A DNA stretch of 63,203 nt, the filler included. It is 8 parts of 8 records of this genome, joined end to end, with 100 filler letters (N's around TTAATTAATTAA, not from the genome) between each part and the next. Parts side by side here need not be neighbours in the genome. Positions count along the whole stretch, not along the records: positions 1 to 9,781 come from SRR7504441_317; positions 9,882 to 20,727 come from SRR7504441_322; 6 more parts are not named here. One strand, given 5' to 3'. Below are positions 1 to 10,708 of this stretch, piece by piece (the first letter of the stretch is position 1; every line of letters begins with the position of its first letter). A program made the translations under genes and the position numbers. The notes beneath the pieces are model-generated. The model was not told the origin of the DNA, did not search any database, and saw nothing but the letters and a program-made list of their open reading frames with translations.

Positions 1-2
1 CG

Positions 3-329
3 AGGGAGCTGGCCAAGGGTAGCCACGCTGCCTTGATCGAGCATATCACCATGGCCAGGCCACTGCCTGTAGAGGAGGCTGCAGAGCCGGTAGAGGTCCA
101 GCTCGAAGACCCGGCAGAGGGCGAAGCCTTGGAAGAGGGGGCGGCGCCAGAAGAAGAGGCGGACGACGCTCAGATTCTTGCTGAAGGATCACCACGGGCT
201 GCTCAAGGTACACCCGAGCCATTGGAGGTACAGGTAGGAGTCGAAGCAGATAATGAGGACGTCGACTTCGTTGGTCCTACTGGCGATTACGATAACTTAG
301 ACGAAGATCCTACTCAGAATCAAATCTGA
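3..329 (+). CDS. 3' fragment of a hypothetical acidic low-complexity protein (runs off the window start)
   Basis: Frame is open from position 3 to TGA at 327-329; Glu/Asp/Ala-rich; followed by an AT-rich 3' region with AATAAA. No recognisable motif. Confidence 0.35.
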   Translation, partial: RELAKGSHAALIEHITMARPLPVEEAAEPVEVQLEDPAEGEALEEGAAPEEEADDAQILAEGSPRAAQGTPEPLEVQVGVEADNEDVDFVGPTGDYDNLDEDPTQNQI

Positions 330-501
330 TTCAAAAAGATTTCGCACATGTTTTTGCGATTTCGCACATGTATAATAAAAGATATTGGCTGGCCGGACTG
401 CCTGGACAACGTAATATTTCAATTAACTCATCAGAGATTAAACTTAAAAGTCGTTGGAGCTGTTCGTACAAGACGCTGACGCTGGGTACTCGCGCGAAGG
501 C

Positions 502-3480
502 ATGAAGAACGCGGCAATCCTCGCACTCCTGGCCGTTTCAGGCATGGCCTCCGCTGTTCTAGCCGCTGGAGCCCCGCCCGGAGGGCTCTGCTCCAACCAC
601 ATGACCGATACCGATATCGACCCGCACACGCCCGGAATGGGATCGGTGGCCGCGAGCGACATTGACACCTGCTGCTCGGTCTGCTCCAGCCCCGAATGGT
701 TTTCCAAAGGCTGCCGCTTCTACACTCTGAGCAAAGGCCGCTGCTGGTTCAAGCAGACCAACTCCTCGGTGGTGCCCTCTCCAGGCAAGCTCTCCGGCCA
801 GGCACTCACTCAGGCCCCGCCACCCCCGCCGCCGGCCCCGTGGCCCAAGCACGGCCCGGTGGGCGACTGGACCAAAGTCGGCCCGTGGGGCATCGGTGAC
901 GACATCGAGGGCAAGGGCGAGGCCGGCACTCTGGCTGACGCAGTCTCGCCGGCTGGCAACCCCAAGATAATCTACACGGGCGGCCGCAACAATGGTGCCA
1001 GCTCGGGTGTCCTGAAGAGCGTGGACGGCGGCGACCACTGGGTGATCAAGAGCACGGGCATCTTCGACACCCGGATCGTGGCGCTCGGCATCGTCGACAT
1101 GGACAAGGGCGAGCACGTGTACTGCAGCGCGCCTGGGAAGGTTTACGAGACCACAAACGGCGCCGAGAGCTGGAGCATCTCGCCGGGCTCCGAGAAGCTT
1201 GGGACCTGCTACACCTTCAAGAACGGGACCATCAATGGCGTACCGCACATCCTGGCCAGCTGCGATGCAGGCATCGGCAACATCCCCACCAAGGGCGGAG
1301 AATGGAACGTGATTCCACCAGGAGGCTGGGGCCGTGCAGGCTACCTGACCGTCGCTGAGGCAGGCGACGGCAAGCTCCTGCCGAACTCAGTCCTGGGCGG
1401 CTGCCTGGGCGGGCATGTGTTTGTCGGCACCATCATCAATGAGACGGCCGCCGATTGGAGCACTGTGAACGGGACTGGCCGCCCGTGCACGATGCTGGCG
1501 ATGAACCCCAACAACAAGGACCACTTCATCTACACTAAGCCGCCCATGACCTACCAGTCCATGGATGGCGGCCTCACGTACGAAAGCCTAAACCACTCGA
1601 ATATCTTCCACTGTGGGATTGACCGCAAGGGTGCGCTCTACACTGCTGCAATGGGAGGAGCCTTTGTCAGCCACGACTGCGGGCCTGGCCCCAACATGAA
1701 ACGGCCATGCAGCTGGCAAGGCTACTACGACAACCGCACCGCGCGACGCACCGGGCATTCGACTATCCGTGGCGCTCATGACTACCAGAGGATCTGTCTC
1801 GACTTTGGCGGGAGTGTGGGGCACGTTTCAGATCAGGGCCTCTTCATCGTGGACTACAACAACTCGAGTAACCTGGAGCTGATCAAGGCGAATGGCAACA
1901 TGTCAAACAACATTGCGCTCAAGGCCGCCATTTCGCGCGGTGGTGGCACCAGGGAGACGCGTTCAATTGTCACAGCGATCTGGGACTGGGCTCCTGTGGC
2001 CTCGTGGGACAACGGGGCTCACTGGCCCTCGTGGCAGACCCCGGAGGATGGCGGTGGGGCCTCGTGCATCGGAGAGGGTGGTGGCGCGTATGCAATGGGT
2101 GCCTCCAACCACATGCTGGTCATGCACCATCACAACATCATGCATTCGGCTGTGGGCGGCCAAAACATGACTCGGTTCATCACGCCACACGCCGGCACCA
2201 TCTTCGGCCCCACCTACCAAACCATGCCTGGGTCGCGCACTGAGCCAAATGGTTTTGTTATGGCGCCCCTGTTCATTACAGTGCCATGGGACACCCACTT
2301 TGACCAAGTGCTAGATGCAAGCACCTGCCAGAACGCCACAGATATCACCAACAACCTCACCCAACACACCAACTATAGCTGCCTTTCGGCTGTTGACTTT
2401 GGGTACGTGTACGGCACGCACAGCGCCGACTACGCTACCTGGGACGGCTCCAGCTGTGTCACCTGCCAAGTTGCTGGCAATGCGTCCAACTGGAAGTGGG
2501 TTTCGAAGACTGGTGCGATCAGCTACTCTCGGATGGTGACCGAGAGCGAGCGCTCATACCGCAGGATGATGCAGTTTGATATGAATGGTGATGGTGTGCT
2601 CGACGAGAGCGACATGGTTGCTTCAATGGCCAAGACAGGCAACATGGAGAAGCTCCCAGAGGATGACGACCACAAGCACAAGGACGACCCCGACGACCCC
2701 GACGATGATGACGATGATGACTGGACCCTCGAAAATCCCGACATGCAGACCCTTTTGAAGGATTTCAGGGCACCTCAGACGACTGTCAAGCAGAGCAAAG
2801 ACGGCTTCTCCAGGGACTTCCTCGGGAACAAGACCAAGAAAGCTGGTTTGCAGTCAGGTGGTGGCGGCGGTGTCTACATCCTGAAGAGCTTCAATTTCGG
2901 CAGCGGGATGAGCAACTGGACCTACACGCTGCTCCCGCCGCACATTGGCACCCCTAACTTCATCACTGACCCGACCAATCAGTCGGTCATCTACACTGTC
3001 AATTCAGGCTGCATCGCTGCGAGCTATGACACGGGCGACACCTGGAGTCCGTGCTGGAACCAGCCGTCTGCATCCTCTCCGCCGTCGGGCCACGCTGGCC
3101 TCACTGGCTCGTTTGGCGGGATGGCAATCAGAAATTCGACGCACATGATTGTCACCCGTAACAGTGATGTTCCTCTGCGCACTGCAGATGGCGGCGCAAC
3201 ATGGACACCTATGGAGAGCTGCAGGCTTGTGGCCAACATGGGACACGGGATGCTGTACTCCTGGACTGCAGAGACTCTGATCATGATGGGCTCAGGAGGC
3301 ACCCAAACTGCTGACCATCCGCACGCCCCTTTCGTTTGGGTCTCGAAAGACGATGGTGAGACTTGGGTCGACGAGACCGGGGGCTTGGTGACCATGGGCC
3401 CGGGCGCAGCCAACTGGTATGAGGGCGACTTCTACATCAACTCGATGGGCGAAGGCATCATGGTCAAGGCGCTTGAGTAA
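502..3480 (+). CDS. Secreted BNR/Asp-box beta-propeller protein (sortilin/GH74-like fold) with N-terminal PAN/apple-like domain and internal EF-hand
   Basis: ATG at 502 begins a signal peptide (MKNAAILALLAVSGMASA). Cys pattern CCSVC...C..YT....CWFK, a poly-Pro linker, multiple Asp-boxes (SVDGGDHW, TTNGAESW, SMDGGLTY, SWDNGAHW, SYDTGDTW, TADGGATW, SKDDGETW) and an EF-hand loop DMNGDGVLDESD. Single uninterrupted ORF. Confidence 0.7.
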   Translation: MKNAAILALLAVSGMASAVLAAGAPPGGLCSNHMTDTDIDPHTPGMGSVAASDIDTCCSVCSSPEWFSKGCRFYTLSKGRCWFKQTNSSVVPSPGKLSGQALTQAPPPPPPAPWPKHGPVGDWTKVGPWGIGDDIEGKGEAGTLADAVSPAGNPKIIYTGGRNNGASSGVLKSVDGGDHWVIKSTGIFDTRIVALGIVDMDKGEHVYCSAPGKVYETTNGAESWSISPGSEKLGTCYTFKNGTINGVPHILASCDAGIGNIPTKGGEWNVIPPGGWGRAGYLTVAEAGDGKLLPNSVLGGCLGGHVFVGTIINETAADWSTVNGTGRPCTMLAMNPNNKDHFIYTKPPMTYQSMDGGLTYESLNHSNIFHCGIDRKGALYTAAMGGAFVSHDCGPGPNMKRPCSWQGYYDNRTARRTGHSTIRGAHDYQRICLDFGGSVGHVSDQGLFIVDYNNSSNLELIKANGNMSNNIALKAAISRGGGTRETRSIVTAIWDWAPVASWDNGAHWPSWQTPEDGGGASCIGEGGGAYAMGASNHMLVMHHHNIMHSAVGGQNMTRFITPHAGTIFGPTYQTMPGSRTEPNGFVMAPLFITVPWDTHFDQVLDASTCQNATDITNNLTQHTNYSCLSAVDFGYVYGTHSADYATWDGSSCVTCQVAGNASNWKWVSKTGAISYSRMVTESERSYRRMMQFDMNGDGVLDESDMVASMAKTGNMEKLPEDDDHKHKDDPDDPDDDDDDDWTLENPDMQTLLKDFRAPQTTVKQSKDGFSRDFLGNKTKKAGLQSGGGGGVYILKSFNFGSGMSNWTYTLLPPHIGTPNFITDPTNQSVIYTVNSGCIAASYDTGDTWSPCWNQPSASSPPSGHAGLTGSFGGMAIRNSTHMIVTRNSDVPLRTADGGATWTPMESCRLVANMGHGMLYSWTAETLIMMGSGGTQTADHPHAPFVWVSKDDGETWVDETGGLVTMGPGAANWYEGDFYINSMGEGIMVKALE

Positions 3481-3685
3481 TTGTGCGGCAACTTCGGACA
3501 AGAATCCTACCGTACATGTACGCGATCTCTCGAGTCTCCCCTCATATGGCCAGTTGTTGGTTTGGTTCGAAAGCATGGTAGACCACTTGGCAGTTCAATG
3601 GCTAGTTACGAGTCGTAGTTGATGGCCAGCTACGAATTGTACATGTATAAATTTGTAAATTAAAATAAAATGGTCGGATTAGATC

Positions 3686-6600
3686 TTATAAAACACCAAA
3701 GTGCCCACCATTCTCATTGATGGCGAGCCACAACTTCAGCACCAAAGCATCCTTGCTCGCATATCGTGGCAAGTCTAACGAGAATGAACAAGTGTGTGCT
3801 ACGGGCAGGCGCTCTGGGTTCGGGTCGCTCTCGATTGAAAAAGGCATCCCGAGTGCCTGGAAGCCTCCCATCGGCAAGCATTCCATCCCAGTGCAGAACG
3901 CCAGCACTTGCAGTAGCTTCTCATTGGAAATCTCGCTGAGGTGCTCCCAGAACCAGCCAATGTGCTCTTCCTGCCACGCACACTGCGAGATGCTCCGCCA
4001 ATCAGGCACTGAAACCACCTGTGGCGCCAGTCAGCCGAGCCGAGGCAGCGTGGCGCACCCTGTCGCCCTGCCACAGGCGCTGCAGCTCTGTGAGGCTCAG
4101 TTGGGAGTTCAAGACCGCCACTGGCACAACCTATAGCACCCCTCTGTGAGCGGCCGGTAGCGGGGGGCAGGCCACCTGGTCGAGCCCCTTCCTCACAGCG
4201 CTAATCTGCTGCTCAAGCCCCGCAGTCATATGCTTGTAATACACTGCAGTCTGGTAGGAGCCAAACGTGTCCACCGTCACCGGCTCTCCCACCAAATGAA
4301 CAGGTTCTTCAGTAACATCACCGGGGCTGAGCGCCACTGAGGTCCCTTCACCTGCAGATCCCGGTGGCAGCTGCTCCCGAGCAGCTAGGCTGCTCCCGAC
4401 AAGCTCTGGCGTCCACTGCAACTCGAGCACCTCGAGCTCCTGCTGCAGCTGCTCCTTCGGGATCCGACCCATCCGATCAAACTGCTCCGCCAGCTCAGGC
4501 TCATGTTGTCTCATATCTGCTGCATCCAGCGGCTGGCCAATTAGCTGTCGGATCAGCGCTGATGAGAAGCAGAGCCCGAGTGGAATCGAAGTCACAAGTG
4601 AGAACCCCATCATGTGCCCAAGAAAGCTCAGCTTGTGCAAGTCGTTGTTGGCTGGGTTGAGCCGGACTACCCCTGACGGGATCCCCGGACTGCTTGGCGT
4701 CGGCTGCTCATTCCAGACCGGGATCACGACCTCTGCGGCAGACATGGCTGCCATTACAGACCCAACCCACTGGCTTCTAATTCCGCCCTGATCAGCACCG
4801 GGCTGGTGCATAAGCTCCACTTCGAGCTCGCGCAGCACCAGCAGCTGCGGGGCTATCCCTGTCATCGCTTCCATGCTGCATTCGAGTAGCTGCTCCGGGT
4901 CGATGACGATGTGCAGCACCTCACTCGCGGACTCACTGCTCAGACTGCTCGTGTAGCTGCTAGCACCGTCATCGTCACTGTCGTCGCTCCCCTCGCTGTC
5001 CAGATCCTCGCCCCCGTTCGCCTCCCTCGCCAAGCAGCTGGGGCACCCATTGTCTCGGCCCGGCTCCTGCCCAGCCTCTGGCGCCCACTCCTTTTGCCGG
5101 GCCTCCACGGTCTCCGCCAACACACTAAGCAGCCGGCTGCCCAGCGGCGCCGGTGCCCCAGGACTACTGCTCTCGGCCGCGAGCTCGACCGCCAGGCGGA
5201 ACTGGGCTGGCCAGGCCCGCCTGGGCACCTCTCCAATCATCTGCCGGACCGGTGCAAGCTGAGACAGGTCGAGGCTGGCCCCGTGCTGAGTGAGCAGCTG
5301 ACAGAGCTGGGCAGTCTGCGGAGCCGACATACCATTAAGGAGTGCACTGAGCAGTGCACACGACTGGTCGGTGCCCCGGCGGGCCAAGTCGGCCTTAGCG
5401 TCGAGCAGCTGCTGGGCCACCTCAACGCTGCACACGTGTGCTATTGCTGTGGCCTCGTGGGTGTTGGACTGATTCACATCAAGCCCAGCTTCCAGGCACA
5501 GCTCTACCGTTGCTGGGCAGTCAGCCGCCACGGCGTAGAACAGTATGCTCTCGCCAGACTGGTCAACGAACTCAAGATCGGCCCCGGCCCTCCGCAAGGC
5601 CGTGAACAGCATCGGCTGAAACCGGTGAGTCTCGGCTGCAAAAAAGAGTGCCGACCGGCCAGAATGATCCCTTTGATTGACCTGGCGCTTGGTCGGGGCC
5701 AGCGCACCCAGGAGCTCTTCCAAGCGGCGCTCCTCCTCGTCCTCCTCGTCCTGCTCCGAGTCTGTGTCCAGGCTCTCGATATGAAACATGAGCGCAGTCC
5801 TGCCATCGCGGCACTGCTGGTCCTGTCGGACACCATGCTTGCACAGCAGCCGGCAGAGAACAGGGCTGTCGGTCATGAACATAGCCCCAGCACCCTCCGG
5901 GTAGTCACACAGGTCCTGCTCAATCTGCAGGTTCGGGTTGCACCCATCGCTGGTCAGCAGCACACGGCAGAGGCTGCACGCATCGTTTATGTCCAGCCAC
6001 TCCTCGGCCGCGTGTACCGCCACCATCAGCGGAGTGAACCCAAAGCAGTGCGTCCGCAGGTTAGGGCTGGCCGTCGATTCAAGCAACAGCCGCGCGACCT
6101 CTGCCGGCGGCGCCTTGCCCTCACCCTGCGGGTCCCCGAATGCACATGCGTGCAGCGGCGCGAACCCGGTCACACTGGAAGTGAGCTGCGCTTCGTCGCA
6201 CCAGCTGCTGTCGTCGGACGGCCACTGGAAGCCCAGGCTGTTGGGGTTGGCCGCGTTCGGATCAGCCCCGCCTGCCAGTAGCAAGCGGACCGCCCTCAGG
6301 CTGCGCCGGGCGGCAGCGTTGACTAAACCGAACCCTCTGATCCCACCGGAGACACAGCTCTTGCACCGCGGTCGCTCCTGCTTGCACTCCTCCTTGTCGA
6401 ACCGCTGCTGTCTGTCAAGCAGCAGCCCGCAGCTCCAGCACGGCGTGAGCGAGCGCGGGCCCTCGGCACAGCATAGCTTGCACCGGAGCAGATCGGGCGA
6501 GCGCTTTCGGAGCTGGGTGGCGCTGAATCTGCTGGAGGGGAGCCGCTGGCCGCAGTCGGAGCAGGTTACGCGGCGGGGCTGCTTGGGCGGCTGGGAGGTG

Positions 6601-6776
6601 TTGGCCGGCCTCTTGGCCTGCTGGACGCACTCGACGCACCGCGGGCTCTTGGTCTTCTTCTGCAGCTGGGTCTTGGAGAACTCGGCCTTCTTCTTCTGCG
6701 AGCCGCAGCCAGCGCAGGTGAGCAGTGACTGCGCCCCCCCGGGCACCGAAGCGGCCGGCGGCCGGGCCGCAGGCAT
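3686..6776 (-). CDS. HECT E3 ubiquitin ligase with three N-terminal Stc1-like zinc fingers and ankyrin repeats (2 short introns near the 3' end)
   Basis: HECT motifs [30 protein letters not shown], catalytic [17 protein letters not shown] and terminal HFGVL*. Ankyrin repeats ([32 protein letters not shown]). Start placed at the ATG at 6776 because the upstream ORF extension overlaps the RPS6 start. Confidence 0.85.
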
Positions 6777-6801
6777 TGCCTCTCTGGAAGGTTGCCTTCT
6801 C

Positions 6802-6825
6802 TGTCCGTTGAAATAGCAACGGACA
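6802..6825. promoter_or_regulatory. Perfect 9-bp inverted repeat (TGTCCGTTG-aaatag-CAACGGACA) containing two CAACGG sites in the HECT/RPS6 bidirectional promoter
   Basis: Seen directly in the 79-bp spacer between the divergent ATGs at 6776 and 6856. Confidence 0.55.
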
Positions 6826-6855
6826 AGCTCTCGCTCGCTAGTCCATCGCCCCAAG

Positions 6856-8022
6856 ATGAAGGTGGCGCGCACCCCTCCTTCGGCCCCTGGTCCCTCCGAG
6901 TGTGCCCGTGTGGGGGGCGCGCGGGTGCTGGGCCGCATTCATCCGACCGCCGGCTTGCTCCCCCTGCCCCCAGACCGGCCAATTCTGACCGGGCTGGCTG
7001 TGTGCGCAGCTCAACATCGCATGCCCTGAGACGGGATGCCAGAAGTGCCTCGAGATCGATGACGACCGCATCCTGTGAGCCGGCCCGGCGGTCCGACGAG
7101 AGCGACTCACCGGTCGAGGTCAGGCGTAACTTTTACGACAAGCGCATCGCCCAGGAAGTCGCTGGCGACGTCCTCGGCGCCGAGTTCGCAGGCTACCGCT
7201 TCCGGATCTCCGGCGGGAACGACAAGCAAGGCTTCCCGATGCTCCAGGGGATCCTGACTGACGAGCGTGTCCGTCTGCTCCTCACCAAGGGTGCGCTCCG
7301 ACCCTGGCCACCCCCTGGCCCTCGAGCTTGCCCTGCTAGCCCCCGCGGAGGCTGCGCCTTCCTGCGCAAGGTCGCAACGACTAACCCGGCCTGGTTGCAG
7401 GCTCCAAGTGCTACCGCCAGCGCCGCACCGGCGAGCGGAAGCGCAAGTCGGTCCGTGGCTGCATCGTCAACCAGGACCTGTCTGTGCTCAACCTCGTCGT
7501 CATCAAGCGTGGCGACTCCGAAGTGCCCGGTGCCCAGCAGTGCCCCATCCGGTGCTGAGCCGCGGAGACAGGACTGACTGACGCCAACAAGGACCTGCGC
7601 CTCGGGCCGAAGCGGGCCAACAAGATCCGCAAGCTCTGGGGCATGAGCAAGGATGACGACGTCCGCAAGGGCGTGGTCCGCCGTCAGATCACCACCAAGA
7701 GTGAGCCTCGCCCCGTGCCCGGGCCAGCCGGCCGTGTCGTCTGCCTAGGGGCCCTGTCGATGGCCTCCAGCGCTTGGTTGGGCTGACGGTGATGGTTGCA
7801 GACGGCAAGGAGTACAACAAGGCTCCCAAGATCCAGCGGATTATCACTCCGCAGCGCCTTCAGCGCAAGCGCCACATGGTGGCCCTCAAGGCCAAGCGCA
7901 GCCTCAAGAACAAGACCGAGACTGCCCAGTACCTTTCGCTGCTCGCTCAGCGCAAGCGTGAGGCCAAGGAGGCCCGTGACGCTCTGCTGGCCAAGCGTCG
8001 CAGCAGCGCTGGTAGCAACTAA
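6856..8022 (+). CDS. RPS6: 40S ribosomal protein eS6; exons 6856-6861, 7010-7074, 7124-7290, 7401-7529, 7572-7700, 7802-8022
   Basis: Spliced product [36 protein letters not shown]...[12 protein letters not shown]...[13 protein letters not shown]...[12 protein letters not shown]...[11 protein letters not shown]. Five GT-AG introns (148, 49, 110, 42, 101 nt) restore the frame. Confidence 0.97.
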
Positions 8023-8375
8023 ATTCGTTCCACTAGCAGGACGAGAGGACGCGATCATGAGTGTCAGTTTTGGGGTACAAATAAAAAATCAGCCTTAGGG
8101 CACCAATTTGGACTCGCCCGTGATTGGGTGTACGATCAGGGTCAGCAAACTCGCGATCGTACATGTGCAGTACATTACGCGCCGTCGCACGCCCTCTGCA
8201 TCGCACACAGATGATCTATCACGCACGATTGCGCAAGCTTGATACTCGTGCGCGCCTATTGCAAGTTCGGGACCTTGAAGATTGTCGCGATCACAATCAT
8301 GTTACACGATATTGTTCACTTAGAACGTGACTTACGGAGGGTCGCCCACGTCCTTGCTTTGTGACTGGTTTACTT

Positions 8376-9107
8376 CTACCACTCGATGCGCGAGCCGTCA
8401 TACGCAAAGAACCCGCCGCTTTCTTCTAGTCCGCAGCTATCTAGCACCTCAAGCAGCTTGCTCGCCGTGTACTCGACACTGAACAGCTTCTCTGGCTTGA
8501 CGTTGCGTTGGAACGGCGCCGACAGGTCAGTATCCGTTGTGCCAGGGTGCAGCGCTACGGCCACCACCTTGTCCCGGCGGAGCTCGATCGCCATGTTCTT
8601 GGTTGCCATGTTGAGCGCGGCTTTAGACATTCTGTAGCTCCACCAGCCGCCCAGCCGGTTATCCCCGATGCTCCCGACCCGGGCCGACACGTTGCCCACC
8701 CGCGCCCCGCGGGCCAGCCCTGGCCGGAGCGCCTGCAAGGCCATCACCGGTCCGACCGCGTTGACCTGCATGCTGCTGAGCATCCATTCCGGGTCTATCT
8801 GGGCCAGGCTCCGCTCGGGCATGTTCCCGGGCCGGTGCAGCACCCCCGCCACGTTCAGCACCGTCTGAATCGGACCCGCCGCCCGAGCCGCCTCGGCCAG
8901 CCGCCCCAGCGACTCGGGCCGGGCCAGGTCCACCGGCACCGGCACCAGCCGCCCGGCCGGCCCCCGCTCGGCAAGCGCAGCCAGCCCTCGGCTGCCGGCC
9001 GGGTCGCGGCAGCCGGCCACCACGAGAGCGCCCCGCCCGAGCAGCGCCGCCGTCAGGGCCAGCCCGATCCCCCGGCTGGCACCGCACACCACCGCTACCT
9101 CACTCAT
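8376..9107 (-). CDS. Short-chain dehydrogenase/reductase, CsgA/C-factor-like
   Basis: GASRGIG Rossmann motif, SARVGSIGDNRLGGWWSYRMSKAALNM (YxxxK), LHPGTTDTDLS, and C-terminal FFAYDGSRIEW. ATG at 9107. Confidence 0.9.
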   Translation of the reverse strand: MSEVAVVCGASRGIGLALTAALLGRGALVVAGCRDPAGSRGLAALAERGPAGRLVPVPVDLARPESLGRLAEAARAAGPIQTVLNVAGVLHRPGNMPERSLAQIDPEWMLSSMQVNAVGPVMALQALRPGLARGARVGNVSARVGSIGDNRLGGWWSYRMSKAALNMATKNMAIELRRDKVVAVALHPGTTDTDLSAPFQRNVKPEKLFSVEYTASKLLEVLDSCGLEESGGFFAYDGSRIEW

Positions 9108-9153
9108 CGGCAGCCGCAGAGCGAATCTCAACGGAAGAGCGTTTTTTTTGGGT

Positions 9154-9781
9154 ATGGCACACAACCCGCGGACCAAGATCGAGGTCGCGCTCTCTGGGGC
9201 AATCGAGCGGCGGGTGACCAGCACGGCCACCGAAGCAGCCTATCGGCTGCAGCTGTATAGCCTGTTCCCAGACCCGCCACCGGAGGTCTCATTCGACTGG
9301 TTTGCCGGGCAGCTCGCGCGGTTTGGGTTCGATGGGACCACCACACGGAGCCTCCCGGTGCGCCCCATTGCACTGTATCTCCTCCCCGTGATCCACAGCG
9401 CTCACCTACTAACTTTATTTTACGTAGATCTACAGCTGTACAGCTAGAGCTAGACTGTAGTTCCTAATAGAGGGTCGGGGGAAGTGAGCGCTCTGCAGTC
9501 GCCTCAGTTTATTGAAGTTGACTGAGTCCGCAACTCGTGACCTGCCCATCTGGTCGGGGGAAGTGAACGCTCTCTCCAGTCGGACCAGTCATGCCCCGGC
9601 TGGCGGTCAAGGAGCTCCAGCGGCACTTACTTGGGTCCTGGGTTGGATAACGGCGACGACTGGGACGCCGACGGGGACGCCGACTGGCTGTTCGACCCCG
9701 ATGAGATGGTCCCGCCCAAGGAGAAGCGCAAGTACGCCACGCCACGCGATCGGGGCGGAAGGACTGGGCTCTGCGGATCGG
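9154..9781 (+). CDS. Hypothetical protein, 5' part only (truncated by contig end), probably spliced
   Basis: ATG 46 bp from the divergent SDR start with CAACGG in between. Coding-like exon up to a GTGCGC donor at about 9358, and an acidic coding-like segment (DNGDDWDADGDADWLFDPDEM) near the gap. No homology recognised. Confidence 0.3.
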
Positions 9782-9881
9782 NNNNNNNNNNNNNNNNNNN
9801 NNNNNNNNNNNNNNNNNNNNNNNNNTTAATTAATTAANNNNNNNNNNNNNNNNNNNNNNNNNNNNNNNNNNNNNNNNNNNN
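9782..9881. other. Artificial contig spacer N44-TTAATTAATTAA-N44
   Basis: 100-nt spacer with a six-frame stop linker, identical at 7 positions. Confidence 0.97.
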
Positions 9882-9955
9882 TTTGTAATAAAACGCCTTT
9901 TCTTTCAAAAATAAAAATAAAAGGTTGCGATCCGTTGAAGTCGGAGCTGGAGCAC

Positions 9956-10654
9956 ATGCTCCGCGGCACCGCGCTGGTGGTGCGGAGGCAGCCAGCGGTG
10001 GTGGTGCGGGGCATGTCCGGAGACCCGGGCGGGTTTGACCCGTCGTACGACAGCGAGGAGCAGTTCCGGGTGCAGCGGCCGCCCTCGGGACCGCGGTCCG
10101 GGCCGGAGCCCACCGAGTTGCTCAAGGCCCGAGCGGCGGTGCACCGGGACGGCGACTGGCACCGGTCAGTGCATGTCTGGCTGGCCGGCCCGGACGGGCA
10201 GCTGGTGACCCAGCAGCGCTCGGCGCACAAGGACACCCACCCACTCATGTGGGACGTCAGCTGCGCAGGGCACATCACCGCAGACACTGGATCGCGCACC
10301 ACAGCCCAGCGGGAGCTGGAGGAGGAGGTGGGGTTGGCCGTCCCAGAGTCGGCGCTCGAGCTGCTCTTCACTGTTCAGGCGTCGGCCCGCGGCAGCACGC
10401 CCGAGCACGGGCCGTTCGAGTGCAACGAGTTCCAGGACGTTTATCTGCTCCGGCAGCGCAAGCCAGACGGGGGCGGGCTCTGGTGGCGCGAGCTGGCCGA
10501 TCTGACCCCGGCCGCGGGCGAGGTAGCCGGGCTGCGGCTGGAACCGTTCGAAAGCCTGATGCGGTGCTGGGAGCAGGGGCACCCTGAGTACGTGCCTCGG
10601 CCGGCGTTGTACCTCGAGCTGTTCGCAGAGCACGAATCCTTGATAAACAACTAA
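9956..10654 (+). CDS. Nudix hydrolase (IDI-like / plant NUDT3 Nudix-domain-like), possible mitochondrial presequence
   Basis: RAAVHRDGDWHRSVHVW, QQRSAHKDTHPLMWDVSCAGHI and Nudix box AQRELEEEVGL. Arg-rich N-terminus. Confidence 0.85.
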   Translation: MLRGTALVVRRQPAVVVRGMSGDPGGFDPSYDSEEQFRVQRPPSGPRSGPEPTELLKARAAVHRDGDWHRSVHVWLAGPDGQLVTQQRSAHKDTHPLMWDVSCAGHITADTGSRTTAQRELEEEVGLAVPESALELLFTVQASARGSTPEHGPFECNEFQDVYLLRQRKPDGGGLWWRELADLTPAAGEVAGLRLEPFESLMRCWEQGHPEYVPRPALYLELFAEHESLINN

Positions 10655-10708
10655 GTGAGTATGATCCTAAGCATTTATTAAACGAGTTCGTGATTTAGCT
10701 TGCATGCC

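Noticed and set aside
4911..6816. Long antisense ORFs (456 aa and 292 aa here, similar ones opposite HOT, IPO5 and others) as overlapping genes
   Set aside because: These are shadow ORFs expected in GC-rich coding DNA; no motifs, and the opposite strand has clear homology.
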